In this document: in pieces, positions 26,498 through 36,941 of the stretch | Position numbering within the stretch: the stretch's first letter is position 1 | How the letters are laid out: every line of letters begins with the position of its first letter | Assembly (NCBI GenBank): GCA_013239625.1 | Contig: MU053934.1 | Location: 4,544,399-4,608,398, forward strand | Direction: 5' to 3' | Length of the DNA stretch: 64,000 nucleotides | Source: Lama guanicoe | Lineage: Eukaryota | Made by a program: the position numbers and the translations under genes | Notes under the pieces: model-generated | Database searches by the model: none | Told to the model about the DNA's origin: nothing | The model's input: only the letters and a program-made list of their open reading frames with translations

Positions 26498-26600
26498 ATG
26501 TGGATCCTGAGCTGGGGATCTGGAATTCTCTTCTTCATGGGGAGGCAGCTGAAGGTGGAGGTTTGGCTCACATCCTGGCATGGGGTGGAGAGGGGTGGAC
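26498..26600 (+). pseudogene. Disabled counterpart of the human SYNGR1 isoform-1c alternative first exon
   Basis: Reads ELGI, then in a shifted frame LEFSSSWGGS-stop (TGA 26550-26552). The recalled human 1c N-terminus is MLTLEFGILEFDPSWIGSW. The segment lies inside intron 1, as expected. The 3' boundary is uncertain. Confidence 0.55.
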
Positions 26601-29600
26601 CTGGGCAGGAGGCCCCATACTTACCTGCTACGGGTCGGCCTGCTATGGGCCTCAGTGAGCCTCAATTTTCTTCTCTGTGAAATGGGCTGAATAAACCTGC
26701 TTATGGGGGTGTTTTTCGGTTTCTTTTTTCCTTAGAGGTTTTGATGAGGATTAAATGAGGTGGGTTTTGTCAGGCACTCCCAAATGATGCAGGGCCCCTG
26801 CTTATTCATGCCCCAGGGCCAGACTCAGGGTCTCAGGGGTCAGACAGACCCGTAAATGAGTCTCAAGCAGGAGTGTGTGCAGGGTCAGGGTCAGGGAGAG
26901 TGACTGGGAAGGAGGGTGGCCCAGAAGGCGGCTGGAATCTCTGCCTTCTAGCTGGGTTTTGAAGGATGAGAAGGAGTTCGTTCCTATTTGAAAGATGGAA
27001 AAGGTGGCAAAGAGCATTCTGGGGTGTAGGAACAGCAGGGGCAAAATGATCAAACAGCCTGTGGCCTTGTCATTACCTGCTCTCTGGGAGTAGGGGAGGG
27101 AGAGGTGAGAGACCAGGGAGGGTCTGGCAGTTCTGGGGTCTCTGTCAGTTTCCCCGCATCTCTGAATGCAGTCGCCCAAGATTCTGAGATTCCTTCTGAT
27201 TTGTTTTTCTGGTTTGACATAGCTCTGCTCCAAGTGCCACCTGGAACCCGTTTTTCAAAAGACTCAGCATTGGATTATAAAGATGGTGAAAAAAAATAGT
27301 CTTGGCCCATTTACCTTGGTGCTTTTTTTTTCTTTAATGTGAGGGGAGGAGGTGATTTTTCCTGTGCCTGCCAGTGACCAGCTGCCCTTCTAGGTCCTCC
27401 CGCAAGGCCACCCTGCATCCTCTCCTGTTTCCGGGCTGCTGGTCCTGCCTCCGCAGACCTGCCTCCTGTCCCTGCAGCAGATCTCCCATGCCTCTGCTGC
27501 TGTGGCCAGCGTAGGGTTTCATTCCGGTTTAATTTCCGGTTCTCCGGCAGCTGCTCCTGTGCCCCTTGCTGTCCCTGCAGACCTGGCCTTGGCAAGCCTC
27601 TCCGGAGGCCGCCCAGCCCAGAGCACTGGCCTTGGATTCAGAGAGACTCGGGTTTGAGCCTCCATTCACCCCTAACCAGCTGCGTGACCTGGGCAGGTCC
27701 CCGGATGGACGCGGGTAAAATGAGAATAAGGACACAGACTCGTGGAGTTAAGAGCATGTATTTCAGCCACATTGTGGGTCTCGAGGGAGTCCCGCTTCCT
27801 CCTGCCTCAGACTGTGGAGCAGAAACCTGAGGCCTGGGCCCGCTCTTGGGGGGCCCCCTCCCACTCAAGGTGCGGAGATGGCAGCTAAATGGAGGTGTTA
27901 ACTCAGGGCTTAGGGGACTGGGAGGGAGGGTGCGGAGTCTGGTGGTGTGTCCTTGGCTTCTTCCCTTCCCGGGCCTCAGTTTCTCCATCTGTAAACTAGC
28001 ATCCTGATCCAAGGGAGGCTCCCCCACCTGGCCCAGCCCGGCGGCCTGCAAGGGACCTGGCATGGGCACCTCTGCTTCCTGACCCGTTCTCACTCTCCCT
28101 CCCCGTCCCTGCAGCAGGCCATGGCTTTACCTCCAAAATAACATTCAGTACCTGCCAATTTGCACCATCCCGCTGCCCGCGCCAGCCTAGCCCCTCGTCC
28201 CTCACCTGGATGCTGTGTAGCCCCTGCTGGTCTTCCTGCTTTCACCTTAGCCCCGCAGCCTTGTCAAGCCTAAGTCAGATCAAGTCACTCACCTGCTCTT
28301 AAACTTGAAGTGACTCCCAAACTCAGCCTTCCCTTCAAGTCCCTAGGGCCAGTCCTTGCCTACCTCAGTGACCTCACCTTGCTCACTCTGCTCCAGCCAC
28401 ACTGGCCTCAGCTGTCTCCCCATCAAGCTTATTCATGCCCCAGGGCCTTTGCACTTGTGGTTCCTCCTCCGTGGCCCGCCTCTCCCAGGTAGTTGTATGG
28501 CTCTGCCTCACTGCAGTCGGGCTTCTGCTCAGAGGTCACTCCCTCAGAGCCTCCCGTTCACCCAGCCTGTCTCCTCCTGCCCTGCTTTGTGTTTCCTCAG
28601 GGCACTTGTCAGGGCTTACATGCACGTTTCTCAGCCGTTTGTCTCCCTGGTGAGAACAGGGACCTTGCCGCCTCAGCCTCTCACACAGGGCCCGGCACAT
28701 CCTAAGTGCTCAGAAATACTGTCGAATGAAAGAACAACTGATGACAGGCCCCAGTTCTCTGCCTCTAAGACGAGGCCTCCCAGGCCCCGGATGCAGGGGG
28801 CCCTGTGGGTGCAGAGCTGTCAGCAACCTGGATGGCACATGCCGAGCGGCAGGGCCACCTGGCAGCTCTTCCGCCCCTGCAGACGTTAACAGAAAAGTTA
28901 GTTATAACCCAGGACCTGTGGTGCGGTAGAAACAGTCTTCCAGAAGGAAAACAGTGGCAAGGACTAGGGTATGAGGTGGCTGGTGGGAAATGGAGGGAGT
29001 GGGGGCCCAGGAGAGGTGGGCGTGGCAGCTACTTAGAGGGCCTTCTCCGCCAGCCCTGGAAGCTTGGACTGTATCCAGAAGGCGGTGGGGATCCACTTAG
29101 GTGACCTTCATGCTTCAGGGTGGGGACCGTGATCCACAGAGCCAGATCTCGTCACCCCTGTGACATTTCACTGCATTTAATCTAGTGTCCCCATGGCCCA
29201 CCAGGCCTTGTCCCCGTCCTGTCCCCTCATCTTCCCCTTCCTATCCCACGTGCCTCTCTAGCCCCAGCTCCCTGGTCACTGCTCCATCCTAGCTCCTTCC
29301 CTCACCTTCAGCCTTTGCCCCTTCTGTTCCTCCGCCTGAAACAAGCTTCCCTGATCTTTGTAGGGCTGGCTCCTTGGCTCAGCTCAAAAATCACTCCTTG
29401 GGGCTCCCTTCCCTGACCATTGCTGCCTCCCCCCCAGCATTTGCCACCGAGGGTCACTGTCTTAATGACGTATCCACTTGTTTAGTGTCAGTCTGGCATT
29501 TTTTGGATGCTTACTGCACATCATATACTGTTCCTTACACGCGTGACCTCATTCATGCCTCACAAAACATCAGTGATTTAGCTGCAGTTGTTGCCCCGCT

Positions 29601-30540
29601 TTACAGACAAGGAAACTGAGGCTCAGAGAGGTCAAGTCACTTGCCCAAGATCACGCCACTAGACAAGTGGCCAAGCTAGGATTCAGCAGGCCCAGGTTAT
29701 CTGACCCAGACTCTTGCCCCCTCATTCCTGTCCATCCAGATGGTCAGCTCCCGGACAGCAGGGTCTCCATGAACCTGTTTACCCCATGATGCCCCCTCCC
29801 AGCACAGTGCCAGGTGCCAAGAAGCCTTTGACCTGTGCTGATGACCAAGGCCCGTGTCTGCGGGGCCTGTGGGGTGGAGAGGAGTGTGAGGATTTCGGGG
29901 GCTGAAGAACAGGCAGCAGCTGGAAGCCTCCTCCTTCCACTCTGCCTGTGGGCCCCACCAGGTCCTTTGGAGGGTGTTTTGATCCTGCTCCTTCCCCTGT
30001 TGGGGACACATTCCCTCCAGCACTTTCCTCTTGGTGTCTCTGAAGACTCCCTGCTTCTCTCTCCCAAGAGGGCCTTCTTAATGGTTCCTCCTCTGCTGTC
30101 CCCAAAGCCCAGACTTCCGCCGCCTGCTGCCCTGCCCACTTCCCTGCAGCCAGCTTTTGGAAGGGGTCCACCCTTGTTCCCACCTCCAGCAGCAGTGCAG
30201 CTGCAGTGTCCCTTCCAGCCCCCAGGGAGCGAGTCTGGTAGGAAGTGCTATTCCAGAGGGCCTTCCTGGTGCTCTGCGTTCTTTTCTAGGGCCCCTGGAG
30301 AAGGGAGTTAACTCTTACTAAGCCCTGACTGTACCCTGCTCTGCTCCAGGATGCTTGCATGTAAATTCTCCCATCAGCCCTGGAGGGAAGGTTAATTTTT
30401 ACAGAGGACCAGTCTAAGGCTCAGAGCGGTTAAGTCATTTGCCAGAGGCCACACAGCATGAGCAGCAGGCCTAGGATTTGAATCCAGCAGGTCTGTGTGA
30501 CTCTTCAGTGTATGAAGTCTCTCTAATCAAGAGACTTTTT

Positions 30541-30746
30541 ACTATATATAAAGTAGATAAGCAACAGGGACCTAGTGTATAGCACAGGGAACTATATTCA
30601 ATATCTTGTAATAACCTATAATGGAAAACAATCTGAAAAAGAATATATTACATATATATATGTAAAAGTGAATCACTTCGTTGTACACCTGAAACTAACA
30701 ATGTAAATCAATTATACTTCAATTAAGAAATAAAATTTAAAAAAAG
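30541..30746 (+). mobile_element. 5'-truncated L1 3' end
   Basis: tatagcacagggaactatattcaatatcttgtaataacctataatggaaaa...tgtacacctgaaactaaca...aataaaa followed by an A-rich tail. Confidence 0.8.
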
Positions 30747-31825
30747 GAGGCTTTTCCATTTTGCTGGATCAGTGACATCTGGTGACATCAGTGCTGGGAT
30801 TCCCAACCTGGCAGTTTTCTGGTAGGAGCCTTGGACTTGTTTTGGTGTACAGGTCTCAGGGGCTGTGTGAGTGGTAGTTCCTGGAGTTGTGCAGTGCACG
30901 GCCCAGGCAGCCGGCTATCAGAGCCAGCCTTCATCTCCTGGTGGCACCTGCCTTGTTGGCTGGACTGTGTCAGTAGCCCAGGATCCCTGGGTTCAAGTTC
31001 AGCCTGTACTACTGACAACAATGTCACCTTCTCTTTCTGAGCCTCAGTTTTCCTACTCTGTTAATGGGGGGCAGAACAAATGGCCTTTGCTGCTTTGTGG
31101 GGTAACTGTGAAGATTCTGAGCCTGTGACCGTGTAGAATCGTGAGCCAGGAGGCCTGTGTGGGTCTGCAGGTGGCAGTGATGTGGACATTCCAAAGCAGG
31201 ACTGGCGATGTGTGGCTCACAGACCACAATTGCCTTCTTTGGTGCCTGTGGCTGAACCAGGACACAGAATCCCAAACCTTTCTTTTTCTTTTTCTTTTTT
31301 TTTAATTGCAGAAAAATTCACATTACCCACAATAGGCTATTTTAAAGTATACAGTTCAGTGGCATTTAGTGCATTCACAGTATTATGCAACTGCCACCTG
31401 TTTAGTTTCAGAGCATGTTCATCGCCCCATCAGTACACCCCATACCCATTGAGTAATCACTCCCCAGTCTCCCCTTCCCCAGCCCCTGGTAACCTCTAGT
31501 CTTCTGTCTCTATTTTGCCTGTTACAGGTATAATACACAAAAGAAACTATAATAGTAACCATTGTGTCTGGCCTCTTTCAATTCTTTCTTCACCTATTTT
31601 AATGTTCATCCAGCTGCAGCAGGTATCAGAACTCTGTTCCTGTTTATGGCTGAATAATATTCCATTGTATGGATATGTCACAACTTACTTCTCCATCGGC
31701 TAACAGACACTTGGGTCAGAATCCTTCTTAACACACAGTGTCACGAACCAGTGGTCTCCAAACTTTTGATCATGCACTCCTTCAGGAGAAATTTTTGAAT
31801 CAACCCTCCCATTAAATGTTGATTT

Positions 31826-32875
31826 GAAACCCATGCACTTATGGTCAATTAATCTACAACCAAGGAGGCAAGAATATACAATGGAGAAAAAAGAGTCTGT
31901 TCAATAAGTGGTGCTGGGAAAGCTGGACAGCTACATATAACAGAATGAAACCACACATTCTGTAATAGTGTGTAGAAAAATAAACCCCAAATGGATTAAA
32001 GACCTAAATGTAAGACCAGAAACCATAAAACTCCTAGAGGAAAACATAGGCAGGACACTTTGACTTAAATTGTAGCAATAATTTTTTTGAATCTGTCTCC
32101 TAAAGCAAAGGAACTAAAAGCAAAACTAAGCAAATGAGACCTAATTAAACCTAAAAGCTTTGCACAGCGAAAGAAACCATCAACAAAATGAAAAGACAAT
32201 CTTCTGGGATTTGGGAAAAAATATTTGCAAATGCTATGACCGATAAGGGGTTAATATCCAACATATGTAAACAGCTCACACACCTCAGCATCAAAAAATA
32301 AACAATCTGATTAAAAAATGGGCGGAAGAACTGAACAGACATTTTCTGAAGAGTAGACGCAGATGGCCAACAGGCACATGAAACGGTGCTCAGCATCGCA
32401 GATCAGGGAAATGCAAATCAATACCACAGCGAGATACCACCTCACACCTGTCCGAATGGCCGTCATCAAAAAGAACACAAAGAACAAATGTTGACGAGGA
32501 TGCGGAGAAAAGGAAACCCTTGTACACTGTTGGCGGGAATGTAAATTATTGCAGCCACTGTGGAAAACAGTATGGAGCCTTCTCAAAAAACTAAAAATAG
32601 AACTACCATCTGACCCAGCAGTAGTCTAGCAATATACAGTGGACTCAGCTGTAAAAAAGAATGACTTTTTGCCATTTGCAGCAACATGTAAGGGTGGGGG
32701 TTTAAGAGGTACAAGCTATTATGTATAAAATAAAGCTACAGGGATATATGGTACAACAAGAGGAATATAGCCAATATGTTATAACGGTACATGGAGTATA
32801 ACCTTTAAAAATTGTAAAGCACTATGTTATACATCTGTAACATATAATATTATACATCCCCTATACTTCAATTTA
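31826..32875 (+). mobile_element. L1 fragment (ORF2 3' part with internal deletions, and 3' UTR)
   Basis: ttcaataagtggtgctgggaaagctgg, aaatggattaaagacctaaatgtaagacc, cagggaaatgcaaatcaa, ctcaaaaaactaaaaatagaactacca are L1 ORF2 sequence. Confidence 0.9.
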
Positions 32876-33923
32876 AAGATGTAGATTTGTTTTATATAGA
32901 TTATTACTACACTGATATGTCCAGTACATTCTAAAGCCCATGGAAAGGGTGGACATCTTAAAAAGATAAGATTTTTAAAATGATGCTTCTCGTATTTTTT
33001 CCCACACCTGCCCTGGAGTCACTGCTCATCTTGGGTCTTAGCTAAGGACAAAACTGTGTCTAGCGCACACTGAAATGATAACTTCTTATTGTGGAAAAAT
33101 TAGAAAGCAAAGTGAAGTGGAAAACGGACAGTAAAAATCCCTTGCAGCCTGCACCTCAGGCTCCTGCAGGCCACACCCGGGGGTCCGTCTTCTTGTTTGT
33201 GTGTGTGTCCGTTGGGTCTGGGCCTTCTCATCCTCAGTTTCAGGGGAGGCGAGAGGCAGGAGGAAAAAGCGTGAACTTGAGAGTCAAGTCCCTGGGTTTG
33301 AAGCCAGCCCTGCCACTTGGTTGTGTATTGTTGTGGCCGGTGTATTTTTTCACTCATCACTCTTTCCAGTTGTCAGGGCCTGGGCAACAGGGAAGGATGG
33401 GACCAAGGACAGGGCTTGAGATCCCAGAGCAGCCTGTGGCTCCGCACAGGGGAGGGGATCATAAGATGGGGCTGGACACGTGCCAGCATCTGGAGAAATC
33501 AGCCTGGGGCGTGGGGGCTTGGCAGGTTCCCAGAGGGCGGGAAACCGCTTGTTCTGGGAGGCCAGGTCCTTTCCGAGAGGAACCTTGGTGTCAGGGCCCA
33601 GGAAGACCTCTCAGACCTTCAGCAGACTAGAAGGGGATTGGGGCCACATCTGCAGTGGGAGGGTCCTCAGTGCCTGCAGCTGAAGAAGGAAGTAATTAAC
33701 CCGCCTGTGCTGTGTGACCCCAAGTGAGTTCCCCTCCCTCTCTGGGCCTCCCCTCTGAAATGCCTGCTTAACTGTGGCCATGTGGCTTTTTGGGGTGAAG
33801 GGGCTTACAGAGGGGTAGGCAGCAGGCCAAGGGGCTTGGTAGCCTCCCCCTCCCCCCGGGCTGGTATGGGAGGGGGCCTGCCCAGGTCTCATTCCTGCCC
33901 CCGCCCCCCCACCTCCCCGGCAG

Positions 33924-34161
33924 GTGTTCTCCATCGTGGTGTTCGGCTCCATCGTGAACGAGGGCTACCTCAACAGCTCCTCAGAGAGCGAGGAATTCTG
34001 CATCTACAACCGCAACCCCAACGCCTGCGGCTACGGGGTGACCGTGGGCGTGCTCGCCTTCCTCACCTGCCTGCTCTACCTGGCCCTGGACGTGTACTTC
34101 CCGCAGATCAGCAGTGTGAAGGACCGCAAGAAGGCCGTCCTGTCCGACATTGGCGTGTCGG
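33924..34161 (+). CDS. SYNGR1: Synaptogyrin-1 coding exon 2 (MARVEL domain)
   Basis: Acceptor CAG at 33921-33923; VFSIVVFGSIVNEGYLN...KDRKKAVLSDIGVS; donor G|GTGAGC; 238 nt, ends phase 1. Confidence 0.98.
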
Positions 34162-35522
34162 GTGAGCCCCAGCCCCGGCAGGGACCCCCAGCACAACAGA
34201 GTCCGCAGGGGGGCAGTCCCAACCATGGTCCCGCTTATCCTCATGTGCACCTGTGAGGCACCTGCCACCCTTCTCCCCATTTTCCAGATGAGGAAACTGA
34301 GGTGCAGGCGGGTGAAGGGACAGACTTGGGGTGACAAGCCTGGCAGCAAGGAAGGGTGAGACCAGGCTGGGCCCAAGACCCCAGAACAGCCCACAGCTCA
34401 GCGAGAAGGGGAGCAGAGTGGCCTCTTCTGGCCCCTCCCTGGTGGAGCCCTATGAGGGCTAAACAGGTTGATGGCCCTGGCGCACAGTAGATGCCCTGGG
34501 AGAGTCAGAACTTGGAGCTGGGAGCTACCTTGAACTGCTGCCCTTGCCCTTCAGAAACGGGCTTTGGCAGTGGTACCCTGACCTCTGTCCCTCTGCGTTC
34601 TGAGAAACTGATGGGAGGATCTCCGGTTTGGTGTCACTGGCCTAGGGCTGTGGTCTCAGGTCTCTGGCTGGGACTTCGCCCAACCTCCACGCCCAGGATT
34701 CTCAGGATGAGCCCAGTTACCTGCAGGCATTGAGGCCTTGGGTCCCTTAGACCTGAAGGAATGAGAGTGACATGAATGATTCTCAAACTGTTCCATGGAG
34801 CCCCAGGGTTCCTTAGCATTGCCTCTGGAAGGGACTGGGTTCTAGGCACCACCCTGTGGTCACACACACATTTTTGTCCTGAGCAGCTCCGGGCTTCTCT
34901 GGGTAGACCCCGGCCACCCAGAGAATATCTTGTCACCACAAGGCTCCCACTACTAAACTCCCCGGACCTCGGCTTTCAAAGGGCCCCTTACCAACCTCGG
35001 GGCTTTGTGAGGCTGTAAACACATTAGAGGTCGAGACTCAGACCCAGAGTTGAGCCACCACCCTGGCCCCAGTGTCCCCTCATACTCCCCTGCCCAGTTC
35101 TCTGGGAGGCTGCCGTCGGGTGGGGGGCCAGGCGGACATTTCTCCCAGGGAGCTGCGGGCCTCGGGTGGACCATGGGTCCTTCAGGGATTTAGCTGGGAA
35201 ACCTGTGTTTGACTGAGGTTAGAGAAACACCGGCCTGGGCTGACTGACTGTTCTCTGTCTCTCCCTGCCTCCCTCCCTCTCACCGCCCGGGCCCTCCTGG
35301 ATCTGCTCCTGGCCTGGCTGGCTCCTTTCCGTGCTCTCTCTCCCGCTCTGCATGTGACCCGCCTCTGTTCTCGCCTGCACCCTCCCTGTGCTCCCCACTC
35401 TGCCCCGCCTTTGGGGGTGGGGGAGCGTGGGAGACGCTGTCTTGAACCTCCCTCTGTTCCTTGGTTTTCCTGTTTCCTCCCCACTCTCGTGGCCTGTTCT
35501 GCCTGACCCTGCGGACACCCAG

Positions 35523-35668
35523 CCTTCTGGGCCTTCCTCTGGTTCGTGGGCTTCTGCTACCTGGCCAACCAGTGGCAGGTCTCCAAGCCCAAGGACAACC
35601 CGCTGAACGAAGGGACGGACGCTGCCCGGGCCGCCATTGCCTTCTCCTTTTTCTCCATCTTCACGTGG
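35523..35668 (+). CDS. SYNGR1: Synaptogyrin-1 coding exon 3
   Basis: AG at 35521-35522; AFWAFLWFVGFCYLANQWQVSKPKDNPLNEGTDAARAAIAFSFFSIFTW; donor TGG|GTGAGT; 146 nt, restores phase 0. Confidence 0.98.
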
Positions 35669-36848
35669 GTGAGTACCTACCCACCCTGTTCTGCTTCCCT
35701 CCTCGATGCTCACAGCAGGGCTGCTCCTGCCAGCGAGGATAGTCCCGTGGTGTTGGCAGACCCTGGTCGTGGTGCAGAGCACCCTGCCTGTGGTAACAGA
35801 CCCCCCTCCCAACCACTCCAGTAGTCAGGTGGTAGGTATTTACTGCCCCCTCTTACAGATGAGAAAGCTGAGGCCTAGGCTTTGAGGCTCAAGGCTGGAA
35901 AGAAGCCCCACCCGAGAGTCAGGATGGGTCACATCTTGGGGCTGCCTCTAATTTTCTGGGCCTCTATCTTCCCATCTGTAAAACGGGGAGGTTGGACTTG
36001 GGGTGGGGGGGTGTCATAAACACAGGTGCCCAGGGAGCAGGCAGGGTGTGAGAAGGTGTGAGTGGAGTAGGTGGCGTGTGCCCGCCATCCTAAAAGGGCA
36101 TCCTCTGCTCGGCCCCTGTTCTGAAGCAGGAATGAGGACCCACAAAGCCCAGGTCTTCCTGTTTTCCCAGAAAAGCCAGAATTCTGAATTTCTATGTGAA
36201 ATCTCATCTCTGTGTTAGTGATTTATTCATGTTTAAAAATATACATTGTTTGGGTCAAAAAAAATTTGTCTCTGAGCCCCACTGGCCAGAGGTCACTCTT
36301 GCGGGCCTGGACCCGGTGGTCTTGAACCCCCATCAGCGTAGCAGCAAGGCTGGCCCCTCTTTCCCTCTGGTTTCAGGTCCTCTCAGTTTATTTCTTCTCA
36401 TCTCCCTCCTGAAGATATCTGGGGTCACATATGCTCTGTGCCTCCATCCCAAGGGTTATCCCTTCCCCTCCTGCAGCCCCCTCCCTTCCAGGCCTTCCAG
36501 CTGTCCTGGCCCAGCCTTCGGCAAGGAGGAGGCCCTGGAGCTGTATGCAGGCAGCCAGCCCTGGCCCCTCCTGTGAAGCTGTGCTGCAGCCAGGCTTCCT
36601 TGCCCCAACCACTCCCAGCCTGTCCTGGGGAGACTTCTTTCTCTTTTTGTGGATCCCTGGATATCCATTTTCTCTTGGGGGTAGGGCTAACAGAGAAGGG
36701 GTGGGCGATTGGACACCAGGACTCCCAGGGGCGAGTCTGGAAGCCCGACTGACAGGTGCTCACCAGCCCACGGAAGCCAGCTTCCTGCTGGCCCCTCTGC
36801 CTTTCCCTGTTCTTCCCCACTGGCCTCACCCCTGCTCTCTCCTGGCAG

Positions 36849-36941
36849 AGCCTGACTGCAGCCTTGGCCGTGCGGAGATTCAAGGACCTTACCTTCCAGG
36901 AGGAATACAGCACGCTGTTTCCCACCTCGGCACAGCCATAG
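36849..36941 (+). CDS. SYNGR1: Synaptogyrin-1 proximal alternative terminal exon (isoform 1b type, 191 aa total)
   Basis: Pyrimidine tract plus CAG ending at 36848; SLTAALAVRRFKDLTFQEEYSTLFPTSAQP-stop, matching the known 1b C-terminus. Confidence 0.93.
   Translation, partial: SLTAALAVRRFKDLTFQEEYSTLFPTSAQP

Noticed and set aside
29743..29762. REST/NRSE-like motif GTCAGCTCCCGGACAGCA in SYNGR1 intron 1
   Set aside because: The spacer is one base short of canonical and the left half-site is mismatched.
16790..33800. Numerous 60-200 aa ORFs in SYNGR1 intron 1
   Set aside because: No recognisable domains or coherent splice structure. These are expected in GC-rich intron sequence with MIR/L2 debris.
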